A stretch of DNA of 64,000 nucleotides, from the NCBI GenBank assembly GCA_964658305.1, contig OZ210884.1, positions 1,674,001 through 1,738,000 of the forward strand. Direction: 5' to 3'. The notes under the pieces were generated by a model, which worked only from the letters and a program-made list of their open reading frames with translations, did no database searches and was not told the DNA's origin. Source of the DNA: Leptogorgia sarmentosa (lineage: Eukaryota). This document shows positions 38,021-52,000 of the stretch, in pieces. Position 1 is the first letter of the stretch, and the number at the start of each line of letters is the position of its first letter. The position numbers and the translations under genes are program-made.

Positions 38021-39094
38021 AGGTCTTTCTAGTACTCTGATATGGTGTTGGTTTTCAATAATGATTAATTTGTTCTAAGTGTCACAGCATAATCCGCAAT
38101 TATTTCGTAGACAATTTCGGCAGTCTCATTAGGTCTTCAATTGAAAGATCGCTCAGTGAATTTCTGTTCCGTTTGGCTTTTATTTGGCTGATAATATTCC
38201 GAATAGAACTTCCAATTCGAATTGCGATCTCGCGCGTGTTGGGTGTACATAAGGGTGTAGCAGTCTAGATTTGCAATTCGGTTTGGAATTCGTTGTATTT
38301 ATTTACTATTCAGAGTTGGAATTATATTATTTATTTATTGAGGGTTCCTCCGCTGCACCACCGAAACATATCACCGTGACAGTGTGGTGTATATAAAGAA
38401 GAATTTTATCTTCCTAAATAACTGTTGGGTAAATGAATTAGAAATTACTTGTAGTTTAGAAAGCAGATATACCGCGATCTGAATGTAGAAATCAACGGAT
38501 AGCAGATAACTTTTAGTAAGTTCCGGTCGGTACCAAACGATATCTAGGACGAAATTCGACGTTTAATGTGCATATGAAATGAAATTTCGATTTTTTTCTA
38601 TAATCCGAAAATTTCATCTTTTGCGAGCATAATGATACCAATTAATCTTGTTGAAAACTTCGAACTAGAAGTTTGCCAATTTTATGTTCAAAGTTGGTCT
38701 GTGAGACATGTTACCTGATGCATGAAATTCTTGCGCGGCCAAAAGGTCGTTTAATATGACGTATGCAGTGTGACACAGTGCGCTTTACCTATATGTAAAT
38801 ACTACAAACAATACTGCTTCAACTGCGTTAAACTTGAATTTTCTTATAGTTGAGGAAAATTCAGAAATACGAAAGCAATCGTAGATTTCGCTTATACAGA
38901 TCAAATTAATTTACGCTGTTGAGATCTTACTTGTAACGTATGGTGAATATTTTTGTTAAAAAAGGGTTACTCTAGACAACAGGATACAATTAAGATTTAT
39001 ACAGTCCGTGTACTAGACTGAATAGCCAAAATACAATCACAGTAAAGGAAAAGTATACCGGAACGCAATATTTATCATTTATAGACCCGGAGCG

Positions 39095-39196
39095 AGGGGG
39101 ATTCGGCGTAATATTTCCCGAAGTGATGATATTTTCCGAGGGGCTTTGCCCCGAGGAAAATATCATTACTGAGAGAAATATCGCCGAATCCCCCGA
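39095..39196. repeat. ~100-bp imperfect hairpin, probably a Crypton-like element end
   Basis: gggggattcggcg..atattt..gtgatgatattttcc / ggaaaatatcattac..aaatatcgccgaatccccc. Confidence 0.7.
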
Positions 39197-39683
39197 GCGC
39201 CTGTTAATTTGAATTTGTTTCGAAAATGGAATGTTAAAAATGAGTCTCAGTTAATCACAACACAATAAATCATTTCAATGTCTTTCAACAGAGGTCTTTC
39301 AAACAATAACAATACAGGTGTGAGTAGAACGAGCTTTGTCGAAACGCTATACTAAATTTTGTTTTTAAAAAACCCTTGTATCGCATCAACAACCATGAAA
39401 AGAAAATACTTCTGACTCCTCAACACGCAGTACATGAAAACCCCGTTTAGAAGTCGCTTTACAGAAGCTTGGAAATCAGTCCTTTCAGTTCTTGGAAATC
39501 AGTCGTTCAGTCGAACGAACGTTAGAACGTACACCTGCGAAACACGCCACAGTAAATCGCATACGTCACGAGTTAATTTGCTGAAAGTTCGATACATCAT
39601 CGGTAGAGATAACAACGTTTTAGTGTTAGTGTTTACTTTGAGAGCTCGTGACGTCAAAATACGTCATATTCGTTGTCGAAACA

Positions 39684-39727
<44 letters not shown>

Positions 39728-39728
39728 T

Positions 39729-39809
<81 letters not shown>

Positions 39810-39853
39810 CGCTTACAAAGCGTTACGTTGTTACATAGCAACGTAGACGCAAA
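39684..39853 (-). mobile_element. (CCAG)n microsatellite plus terminal stem-loop, resembling the end of a DINE-1/Helentron-associated element
   Basis: ~31 CCAG units (39684-39809), then the inverted repeat acgttgtta/tagcaacgt and an A-run. The other end was not identified. Confidence 0.55.
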
Positions 39854-42148
39854 AAGGCTCTACTTTAGAAATTCAGCTAACTTAAAATCTTATTGTACTG
39901 TTTCCTGCCAGAATAATCTAGCAACCTAATAATAATTTAATAGGATCGATGGAATTGAATTCATGGCATCTTAATGACATGATTTTTAAGGCGAAGTATG
40001 ATTATGCACTGTTTAATGGACTGAGAATCGTACGCTCGACCGTTTATACTAGAAAGCTGATGTTGAAATGAACACGTATAAAATATTATTCGGTGTCGAA
40101 TAATGTCTAAGTATCTATCCATGGGGCCATACATTCCCGTTCTGTCTGACTAATTTCTTTTGAAATGAATTTAAAGACCCCTGATTGCACGCAAAAGAAA
40201 TTGCTCGGGTTTGGATGATCGTATACAGCTAGGGTGCTTTAGGTTGTTCAGCAAATTGCGTGGGCATGATCTTCGGGTAATATTTCGTCGAATCACCCTC
40301 GCTCTGGGGATATAAATGATAATAATTACATAGTCTGTAGCTGGAAAGAGTAGTTTTCTTGACAAAAGTTATGATTTACTAACAATTTGTTTGACGAGTT
40401 ATAGCCAGCATTAAGTTAATTAAGTTAAAACTGACCGTTTACGGCATATATAGGGCTAAACTCAGACGTCGACGGTAACACTATGTCTTCCAATTGTGCA
40501 TTAGGATCAACTGTTCGTTGTCCGAAGTTGTAGTGATTTGCAAATGAAAACGTAATCGTAAATAACCTACTTTCAGGAGTGGATATAGGATATATAAAAG
40601 GAGGGTGGACAGTGACAAATCCTTGAATATGCAGCCATTAAATAAGCTACGATACCTGGAATTTGTGAACTCGTAGGCGTTTTCATATGAAACTACCTAG
40701 GGGCAAAATAGCACGCGGTCCCATCTATCCCAACCAATGTCATGTGGAAAAGATATTATTATCTTCGTAAAAATTAAGCCTCAGATTGCAGCTGGAGTAA
40801 GATTATAGGGGTAATATTCTTGACGTTTTTATATGCAAGTATTTTGCAAGTATTATATCTAGCGTAAGCAAGCCATAATCATGTTAAAACAACATAAGCT
40901 CGACCAATTGTTTAAAATGGCTAGAAATACCAATTGAATAGAGCAAGGATAATCGTTGATTGGCTTATTGCTGGCTTAACTAAGTTCAAGTAGCTGAAAA
41001 CCTTTAGCTTGGGTTCCGGCTTTTTGACTAAGCTCATTAAGTCATTCTGAAATTTAGAGACCAAATCGTATTTGCAACAGTTAGGCAGATCTGCTGAATA
41101 ATAGCATATCAAAGGTGGAATTTGTTCGTCCATCTCAGAGCATGGAACACGATGTATTTTTATCCACTTACTGCGTTCGAGAAATAATTAAATATTCGAC
41201 CGATTTTGAAACGATGCCTCGAACATTACAAAACAGTGCGCACCTTCTTTATCCCCGAGCCACGGTGCGAAGCGCCGTCCGGGCGCTAGCTCAGGGCGAG
41301 GGTAATAATTCCGCACGGCTATTTACACCCGAGTAAAGGAGAGCATAGCGGAGTCGAAAGTCATTTCGCCGAAGAGAATTTTGTAAGGGTGGTCATCACT
41401 GATCTCAAAAATATGGCGGACTGTCATGAAGGGCGAACACGAGAGGCTTTAGAAAAGTGGAAAACAAAGACGAAGACTATTGCTGCAAGACTATAAAAGA
41501 CTCCTGAGAAGACATTAATTTTTTAGTATTTCAAGATGCTAACGAATATTAGATGGAAAACAATACGAGCGAAATCAGCGAATATTCGTTTAAAATAGTT
41601 TTATTTCAAAAACGAAATTTGTATGAAATAAAAATATAATTTCCTAAAGTTAAAACATTTCAAAACGTCCTATGCGAACATTTTCCATCAAATTTAGGTT
41701 TAAAGACATTAGTGCGATATATGGTATATTGTGCAAATTAAAAAGCATTCTTTAAAAACCAGTTAAAAACTGATATTTTTTCTGTTATTTTTTATTTTTA
41801 AAAAAATATACGGAAAAATATGAATTGCCGTGTTGTTGTTATGACGATTGACGACGATGACTGGGTACTTCATGTTGTTAGAATATAGGTGGATTGAGTT
41901 GAATGTACTAACTACTCTTGGTACGTTAGTAAGACGAGCGAGGGGTTGCTGCATGTATGTATTTCTAGTTAGTAAATGTTGTGCTATTAGTATGTGTGTG
42001 TACAGCGTTCAGGTTGTAATTAGTAATTTTTTTTTAGCATAATAAAAGTATTTTTGCCAAGTCATTAATCTCTGCATTACATATAATTCCGATTTACCCA
42101 GTTGTCAAAGTTTTCGTGATAGAAGTCACATCTGAAAACGGTAAGAGG

Positions 42149-42803
42149 CAGTGGCGGATTAACGATTCATGGGGCCCCTGGCTATTTTTCTGATTGGGCC
42201 CCCAGACCTGGACGCTGCTTTACCTTTCGGCTACATCCAGCTACCTGGCTAGACTGTGGATTTTTTTCTGGAGCTTTTATATCCACATAAACAACAAAAC
42301 AACAAAAAACGTGAAGGTGTTATTGTTTTTAGACTTGATTGAATTAAATAGCTTTCCTGCGAGCTTTTTGCGCAGCAAAAGTGTCGATAAGCTCTTCAAA
42401 ATCAATCCCATTTAAGATTTCATGTTCGATGCTCATGAGCGACAGCTTGCTGAGTCGCTCCTGGCCCATAGTACTCCGCAATGCGTTCTTTATGCGTTTC
42501 AACTTAGAGAAAGAACGCTCTCCACTGCAATTGGAAGCCATCATACAGAGGTAGATCCGGAGTGCAATGTTCACATTTGGAAATGTTTGTATCCAGTCAT
42601 TGTCTTTCAGCAATAAAAACATACCAAGTTCAATTTGGCTTTCTTGTTTTTTAGTAGGGTCAGTGGTGTCTTTGCTCAAATCTACCGATTCTACCTTGAA
42701 CATTGTTTAAAAAATAGTAAGGCGGCCGCGGGCCCCCATGGGACCAGCAAATCTGCGGGCCCCTGGCTGTAGCCCAGTCAGCCCCCCCCTTAATCCGCCA
42801 CTG
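42149..42803 (-). mobile_element. Internally deleted hAT transposon
   Basis: TIRs cagtggcggattaa / ttaatccgccactg; 8-bp TSD gtaagagg (42141-42148 and 42804-42811). Confidence 0.95.
42344..42703 (-). pseudogene. hAT transposase C-terminal dimerisation-domain fragment
   Basis: FPNVNIALRIYLCMMASNCSGERSFSKLKRIKNALRSTMGQERLSKLSLMSIE. Confidence 0.92.
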
Positions 42804-42846
42804 GTAAGAGGTCATTTCTCTGTTTTCAAGAAACACAACCAGAATC

Positions 42847-43042
42847 ATGGACAGAAGTGCCGTTATGCGTCTCGTGATTTTCATAGCCCTGAATTATTTC
42901 ACAGTTCAAGTCTTTTGTCAACAAGGGAGGTGCTTGGGATCAAATAACTACTGTCTTGGTCAACTTGGCGACACGAAGGCAGTTTGTAAAAACGGCTCCT
43001 GCTACTGTACTGGCAAAGACTATGATTATAATACATGCTTGC
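42847..43042 (+). CDS. Receptor gene exon 1: signal peptide + Cys module 1
   Basis: MDRSAVMRLVIFIALNYFTVQVFC-QQGRCLGSNNYCLGQLGDTKAVCKNGSCYCTGKDYDYNTCL; donor gtaagt. The ORF track reads through the 90-nt intron that follows. Confidence 0.88.
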
Positions 43043-46000
43043 GTAAGTTGTCTTGTAAAAACGTTTTTTCCGTCTACATAATGTCATTTCACTTTCTCTT
43101 GTCTACCACTGAATCTAAATTTCTCACCCTAGCTGATGCATATGGATGTAAAATTGTTGCAAATTCTGATACCACGTACACTTGTACTCCCGATAACAGT
43201 TCACCAAAGTACGAGATTCACGTACTAGCTGTGTACAGGGCTACCAGCGGACGTCCTTCAACAGCTGCCAAGGCCAGTGTCGACATCATCAGTCCTGAAA
43301 AATCCAACAGACCAATTATACTTGTTCTCAGTAGCTTCGAAGCTGTGAATTGGGTTCTTAATATACCATCTCACACAACTATCGCAAAAGTAATCCTGGT
43401 TAGTACAGTATGGTCAGAGGCGTAGCGAAGGGTATACATTTGGGGGGGAGGGGTTGCGAGATTAGTTTTTGGGGACAAAAGGGCGTAGCTACGGCGTGGT
43501 TTGGGCGTGAATGAACTACACCATAATTATTTTAATAAAGAATTATACGATATATAATTGGTTGAGAGTGAGAACTATTTATTTTCAAAATACGCGAAAC
43601 AATTTCTTAAAATACATGCTAAAATATTAGGTCTCAAAGTTTTGAGAAATAGCATGTTCACTCAAGCCACCTATACACTTCACACTCACATTGGCGACAA
43701 CAAGTTTCATGTGTCCACGGACATGTCGATGATATTAAGCCTTTGAGTAAGGTAGTGCCGTCATGTCTATTTTGTTTAAGAGGACATTTTTTCTAACACG
43801 CAAAAACCGAAATCTTTTTGGCTTCTCAAAATGAAATTTTTCTATGATTATTTTCTGGATGGAACAGTTTGCTACTTGGCAAACCGCGTTTGGGGTTTCT
43901 GAAAGTTAAAGGAATATTAAAATTAAGAGCGTCAATGTGCGTATGACCGACGCAACCATGCAATTGGAAGAATTTGTTTATAACCGTGCATTGAAGTAAT
44001 ATTTCAACCTGATTTTCCATTGGGCGTACTCTCCAAAATCTTTTTACTTTGGTTTGATATCATAATTTATGAAGCCATTTAAGTTAGTCTGACATGTGAG
44101 AAACCTGAAAATTCAAAATATTATGAATTTTCATAATCTTGAGTATTGAGCGCGAAATACGTGCATGGAGAAAATTTTCGTCTTAGCTGACGAGTTTGCC
44201 GTATCAATGATAAACGCATCTTGCCGGAGATTCTCCTATGACTTTGCAGTGTTTTCATTTTGATTGTTATTATTACAATGTTTTAACTTACCATTCCTAC
44301 CACCCAATGGTATATTTATTATTCTCAATATACAAATTTAAAAATGTAATTCTCAACAATATGAGTATATACATTCTCTTCTTTATATTAAAATGGTAAT
44401 GTTGAAATGCAGGAATATGTATTTGTTATTGGTTTCTGTACTTGAAAATTGACGAATTTCCTATCCTTAATTTTTCATGTTATTATTTTTTGTAGGTGGC
44501 TTACGACATATTAGAAAGTTCGGTCAGCGGTAACGTCAGTCGAGTGAAAAATGTTGAACGAATTGGAATAAAGAACTCCGAGTGGTCTTGTGGATACGGG
44601 AGTGATTTAGTTGGATGCCATACAGTTAAGAATTTGAAGTAAGGAAATAATTAATCTCAGTGCCGGCCCGTCCATTTTCATGTTGGGGGGTATAATATAA
44701 ATTATTATATGGCTGACATAAATGGCGCACGCTTATTGGTTGATTAGCGGTCCGGAAAAAGTCATCTTGCCCGCTCAGGAAAGTCATCTTGCCCGCTCAG
44801 GAAAGTCATCTTGCCCGCTTGTGAAACTATTATACAAATTAAATTTTTAAGGAAACTAAATCTTATTATGCCGTACGGTGACGTTGAAGAACACTCCCCG
44901 ATTGAATTTTGCTGTCCCAGAAAAACACACGATCCAAAATGCTGAGTTTCAAAGTGAAAATAACGGCGAACAAAACAACTTACAGTTCGAAAACTGTTGC
45001 GAACATTGTTTTCACAGCACTTAAATGGCTTCATTTCGCATCGAACATTTGTTGTTTATCACGACATTTACATTATATTTTTTTATTCAATTTTTTCCTT
45101 TGTTGTATTTTTATTGTTTTGTTGTTGTACAGCAGTGAACGGCCAGAAACCGCCATTCAGTATGCCAGTGTATACGGCTGAACGTTTCAGCAGCGAAAGT
45201 GTTTTCTAGTTCTTTCTACAATGTCAGAACAAATTGCGATCGAACAAAGCCATATAATAAATCCCTTATTAACCTCGTTTGCTCGGTCTGTACGGGAAAG
45301 TATTGCCTTCGGTTTTTAACGCACTGACCTCGCTCCTTCGTCGCTCGGTCTGTACGAAAACCCTCAGGCAATACTTTCCCGTACAGACCTCGCACTCGGT
45401 TAATAAGTCCTTAATATAGAACCATAAATAAAATGCACCATAAAATGCAAAATTCTTAGTGTTAAAACCGATTGCGACATTTAGTTGAAGGTGCGTCAGC
45501 ATATATGTTATTTGCTCTTTTTTGCGTCAACCTTGCGCCGTTTATTTACATGACAATCGACAAATGAATTCACATGTTGAAATTTAATGAAGAACTATTA
45601 CGCGATGCAAAGAAATGAGTCGGACCCAGAATATATCAGGGCCGTATTAAGTTTCTCAGGGTCAGCGGCATTCGGTGAAGTTTAACTAGGGGCCACGTAT
45701 ATGTTCAGCTAACCGTACTATTGTGTTTATCTAGAAAGAATTAAAAGGTCACTATATGCCATATTACTTGGGAGGGGGGGTTAATACTCTCTTGCCGCCC
45801 CCTCCGGTCGCGCTGGCCCTGATTAATCTAGGATGTGCTAATCAGGGAAACAGTTGATACTCATTAGTTATCATGCAGTTAAGTTGGAATACGTTCATGA
45901 CATTCAATTGCATGTAAATGTTACAGGCAATTTGCTCAACAACATATCTTTTGCTTGTTTTTGGATAAAAATTATTCAAAGGCACCGTATTACGTAACAG

Positions 46001-49000
46001 TATAAAAAAATGATGAAGACCTCTTTTCGGGCGAGGAGCAAACCATATTTGTGGTACATCTTGGCCATCTTTTAACCAGTTTCAAACGATTTCAAAATTT
46101 TATAATGACTTGCTTTCAACCAAAAACCACGCTTTTGTCTTTCTTCTTCAACTATAGTCGTTTTTTAATGTTGAAAATGGGTAAAATCTAGAAAGATTCC
46201 GATGTAACAACAAAGAGGTTAATCCTATTAATTAACCGAGAAAGCCGAGAAAGCGAAAAAAATAATAGAATACATTTTAAGAGAAGCTGAGAGACGAGAT
46301 CAAGTACTTACATGTAATTCAGTGCAAAATAAAACTTTATTGCAATACACAGCGTGCAAGAGGAGGCGGCTATTAATATTTCATGGGCGGTATACTGTCC
46401 ATTATTTCTCCCCATAGATCCTATGACTTTTTCATTTTTTGCAATATATAATTTTTTAGTGCGAAATTATTGAACAATTTTCTTCTGGATGATTAAGTTA
46501 TAAAAGGATTTATTATGGATGATATTGCAAAATTTTCACCTTCGTTGCGTTTTTTTATTTGCCAGACAAATTCATAAAAGTTTTGGAGTAGTGACTTCAT
46601 TCCAAGGTACTTACGAGAAAAGCCAATGGTCTTTGGAGTTATCCGCTTTTAACGGGAGTGTAAACAATGGTAGGTTTAGTCAGCTATATACCCACAGCTC
46701 GTTGCATTTATTATTTTGAGCTTTATACTTTTATACGGATGTCGAACCTTATTAGACAGTAGGCTATAGTTGTTTTTGCCCTGCTTTTAGAAGATTGTGG
46801 CGAAGTCAACAGTAGAACATTCAACATCGACCGACCGGTCCATAATAATACAATTATTTACCGTCCATTGAAAGAATAAAATTGGTGTGCGCGCAAGCGC
46901 CGGAATTGAAAAGTTCAAAGGAAAAACATATCTGCACTTTTTCCTAGTCGAAACGTAGTTTTGTTTGAAAATTCAACTTTGACACTTAGCTATATAACAA
47001 AAGTTTTATTTACTGAAACATAGGTGAACAGTAAGTATCGACTGTGCAGTATCCTCCAGTACGGATCGAAGTCACACAGTCAATAACAATTAATTATTTA
47101 ATTTATGCATGGCAAGCACTTGTTTTGAGGAATGGCGCGATCTGATTGGCTGCTTCCAGGGCAAAATTTTCCCGTATTGCCGATTGGCAAAACGGAATTT
47201 TTTCTGCCCTGCCAAGAAAACAAACACAGAAACTTTAAAATTGAGGAAATTTTATTTAATAAAGTATAAAAGATTAAAATGAGCGACGAGGAGTATTTTG
47301 AGAGCGAGTTTTATTACCCAGAGGTTGACAATGAAGGATACGAACCGTTTTTTGTCAGTTTAAATTTGAGATCATTTTGAAACGCACATATGCCTTATAA
47401 TAAAAAACTTACTGACTTCCAATGCTCGGGCTGTACGGGAAAGTATCAAACCTCAGTTTGATATTTTCCCGCAAAGCCCTTACTCTACGTCAGTAAGTTA
47501 TTATTTATCAATGCAGCGAATTGACAGTATTGCTTTTCCATAAGAACATCATTTGTATAATATATGAAAAAATATTTTGCGAATTTGTTTTTCAGGTACG
47601 AGCATAAACACATCTATTCTTCCAACGGTTTGGTCAAAGGTTCGAAGACAGAAATGCTTGGGCGACTATTGTCTAGGGGAATATAATGACATGAAAGCTG
47701 TTTGCAAAGACGGATACTGCTACTGCAATGGAAAAGATTACGATTACGATACTTGTTTGCGTAAGTTCACACCAGGTCATGGTTTTAATTTAAATCAGTG
47801 AATTAATTGAATTGTAGGGGGGAATTTACATTTTCTATAGAACATTTTGGTTTTATGTTATGTGAACAAGAATATAAGATAGTTCCCCCTCTTTCCTTTA
47901 CCGCTAAGTGTTGTGCCTATTACATAACTGTATTAACTTCAGGTAATGAGGTGCATCTATCTGGTCCTATCTCAAGCCAAAAAAATTAATATCGAAAAGG
48001 TTTTAATTTTGAAAAGAATTTAACATGAGAACAACATGAAGCAAGACAATAGATGAATATGGAATGAACGTGACAAGAAAATCAAAAGAAAATCTCATGA
48101 ACATCTCATGAACGTATAGGAAATTCGTAAAATGATCGAAAATTTCCTATGATATTAAGAAGCTAGTACGGGCTGTTTCCCGGACTTGGCAATTTTATCT
48201 ATTTCATCTGCCAACATTATTATCCAAGATAATTAGGCAAGGTACAATTTGTTTGACACATTTGCAATCTTTTGTAAAGTGTTCGTATTACCACACTGTA
48301 AATCTGGCAGTGTTGTGACAACACCAAAAAAGTGTAAACATACACTGATTAGGTGTAAATTGAAACTTTACACCGTTTAAAGTAATATTACATTATTGCT
48401 GTGTACTTCGACACCACCTCAGTGTACAAGTAACACTGCTTTAGTGTGAAGCAAGGAAATACCTTGCTGACACTTATTTTTGTGTAAACTTACACCAAAG
48501 TGTGCATGTGAGATAAAATATGTACACTGTGAGAGTGTGAATACCCACCTGTTTAGTGTAAAATGTAGAACACTCTTTTGAGTGTAAGTTTACACTTCGC
48601 ATAGTGCAAAATTACACCAACGACAAGTTAAACTATTAGTCTAAAAATTATCATTATATTATTATTTATTACTTATTTAGTGTAAAATTACACATAACCT
48701 TGTTAATATACACTTTTAACAACTCAATATACAGTCATGTGGTGTAAACGAACACCAGGAACCAAAGTATAGTTTCCCTTGCTGTGGTGTAATTGTACAC
48801 AGTTTTTTTCCATGTTAATTATATCTGAATTCGAAGTTTCCTACAGGACTACACATAGGAATTAATTTTCCTGTAGGAATTCCACTCGAGTATTTCGCAG
48901 CCCGGGTTGGGGAAGTAATTTCGCGGTGAAAAACTCCCAACGCGAAAATTGAAATTTCCACTGTTTCGCAACCAATAATTCAACAAATCAATATGGAAGA

Positions 49001-52000
49001 CATGAACGAAGAGATTTTTGTAATAGCGCTTCGAAAAGGGTCTCGTAGTCGCAGTAATTTATTACCCGTTATAATATTAGTAGGGTAAAATCTGCAACGT
49101 GATTGGCTAATGAGCGTTCATTATAACAGCGTAATGCACGCATCTAGCTGTTAAATTTCTCCCGCGATTCTTTGGTTTGACAAAAAGACAATAAAAATAC
49201 ATATATACTAAAAATACATCCATAAAAAACGCTTGAATTGTTTGCTTTCGCTCAGCTAAAGGAATAAAGCTGTGTTGCTGCTTGGCAACATTTGAGAACA
49301 CGCTTGATTACATGTGAAGAGAATTGTAATTTTGATCTTCCTAACGAAGTTTTTTGTTGCGCTAATATTCTCTTATATTATAAAAGAAATAGATAACGAG
49401 TCGCGTGCCATTATGCTGTTGTAATTGCACTCGGGCAATGTTGTGAGAATACTCGAGAATCGCGTAAAACACTCGGCTACGCCTCGTGTTTTACGCGATT
49501 CTCTCGTATTCTACCAACATTTCCTTGATGCATTATAACAGCATAATGGCACGCGACTCGTTATCTATTTCTTAATTATTACCTATAAATAATATTAGTC
49601 CTTCAATAATTGAGATCAGTAGCTATGCTTTACCATATTTGGGTACCCATGCATTGCCCAAAAATTTGCATGTCATTTCCACTAAGACGTTTCAGAAGAG
49701 TGCGTCTAGGAGTTTTTCTCTTTTTAGCGTTAGGTAAAATTCTTTTCAGAATACCTTTTTCTTGGGTATTTAATGAGTATTCAACATCCGCTTCTTCGGT
49801 CACTTGAACGCCTCGTGACACCGTAACACTTGAATAAACAATTTTCTTTCCCCTAGCTGATGCTTATGGATGTAAAATTGTTGCAAATTCTGATACCACG
49901 TACAATTGTACTCCCGATAACAGTTCACCAAAGTACGAGATTCACGTACTAGCTGTGTACAGGGCTGTGTACAATTCAACAGCTGCCAAGGCCAGAGTCG
50001 ACATCATCAGTCCTGGAAAATCCAACAGACCCATTGTACTTGTTCTCAGTAGCTACGAACCTGTGAATTGGGTTCTTAATATACCATCTCACACAACTAT
50101 CGCAAAAGTAATCCTGGTTAGTACAGTGTGGTCAGAGGCGTAACGAAGGGTATACATTTGGGGGGGAGGGGGAGGGGGGGGGGGTTGCGAGATTAGTTTT
50201 TAGGGGACAAAAGGGCGTAGCTACGGTGTAGTTTGGGCGTGGACGAACCACACCATAATTATTTTAATAAAGGATTATACCATATATAATTGGTTGAGAG
50301 TGAAAATAGCATGTTCACTGAATAGCATGTTCACTCAAGCCACCTATACACTTCACACTCAGATTGGCGACAACAAGTTTCATGTGTCCACGGACATAGT
50401 GGATGATATTACGCCTTTGAGTAAGGTAGTGCCGTCATGTCTATTTTGTTTAAGAGGATTTTTTTTCTAACACGCAAAAACCGAAATCTTTTTGGCTTCT
50501 CAAAATGAAATTTTTCTATGATAATTTTCTGGATGAAACAGTTTGCTACTTGGCAAACCGCGTTTGGGGTTTCTGAAAGTTAAAGGAATATAAAAATTAA
50601 GAGCGTCAATGTGCGTATGACCGACGCAACCATGCAGTTGGAAGTATTTGTTTATAACCGTGCATTGAAGTAATATTTCAACCTAATTTTCTATTGGGCG
50701 TACTCTCCAAAATCTTTTTACTTTGGTTTGATATCATAATTTATGAAGCCATTTAAGTTAGTCTGACATGTGAGAAACCTGAAAATTCAAAATATTATGA
50801 ATTTTCATAATCTTGAGTATTGAGCGCGAAATACGTGCATGAAGAAAATCTTCGTCTTAGCTGATGAGTTGGCCGTATCAATGATAAACGCATCTTGCCG
50901 GAGATTCTCCTATGACTTTGCAGTGTTTTCATTTTGATTGTTATTATTACAATGTTTTAACTTACCATTCCTACCACCCAATGGTATATTTATTATTCTC
51001 AATATACAAATTTAAAAATGTAATTCTCAACAATATGAGTATATACATTCTCTTCTTTATGTTAAAATGGTAATGTTTAAATGCAGGAATGTGTATTTGT
51101 TATTGGTTTCTGTACTTGAAAATTGACGTATTTCTTATCCTTAATTTTTCATGTTATTATTTTTTGTAGGTGGCTTACGACATATTAGGAAGTTCGGTCA
51201 GCGGTAACGTCAGTCGAGTGAAAAATGTTGAACGAATTGGAATTCAGAACTCTGAGTGGTCTTGTGGATTCGGGAGTGATTCAGGTGGATGCGATACAGT
51301 TGAGAATTTGAAGTAAGGAAATAATTAATCTCTGTGCCGGCGCGTCCATTTTCATGTTGGGGGGTACAATATAAAATATAGAACCGCAAATAAAATGCAC
51401 CATAAAATGCAAAATTCTTAGTGTTAAAACCGAATGCGACATTTAGTTGATGGTGCGTCAGCATACATGTTATTTGCTCTTATTTGCGTCAACCTTGCGC
51501 CGTTTATTTACATGACAATCGACAAACGAATTCACAAGTTGAAATTTAATGAAGAACTATTACGCGATGCAAAGTCGGACCCAGAATATATCAGGGCCGT
51601 ATTAAGTTTCTCTGGGTCAGCGGCATTCGGTGAAGTTTAACTAGGGGCCAGGGATATGTTAAGCTAACCGTACTATTGTGTTTATCTAGAAAGAATTAAA
51701 AGGTCACTATATGCCATATTACTTGGGAGGGGGGTTAATACTCACTTGCCGCCCCCTCCGGTCGCGCTGGCCCTGATTAATCTAGGATGTGTTAATCAGG
51801 GAAACAGTTGATACTCATTAGTTATCATGCAGTTAAGTTGGAATACGTTCATGACATACAATTGCATGTAAATGTTACAGGCAATTTGCTCAACAACATA
51901 TCTTTTGCTTGTTTTTGGATAAAAAAATTTGAAAGGCACCGTATTACGTAACAGTATAAAAAAATGATGAAGACCTCTTTTCGGGCGAGGAGCAAACCAT

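Larger units (their letters stand above)
37868..40716 (+). repeat. Segmental duplication, copy B (upstream of the multi-module receptor gene), interrupted by ~1.3 kb of insertions at ~38567-39855
   Basis: Collinear with 16367-18238; lacks the 17684-18141 MITE. Confidence 0.92.

Noticed and set aside
39434..39929. ORFs with QPAS / WLAG repeats
   Set aside because: These are translations of the (CCAG)n microsatellite.
42847..43425. 192-aa single-exon ORF as a complete gene
   Set aside because: It reads through a 90-nt GT-AG intron and past the exon 2 donor. Paralogous exons confirm the spliced structure.
49630..49821. Antisense ~64-aa ORF repeated at 55659 and 60378
   Set aside because: Its recurrence is explained by the recent intron duplication. 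It has a non-ATG start, the C-terminal frame differs between copies, and no family was recognised.
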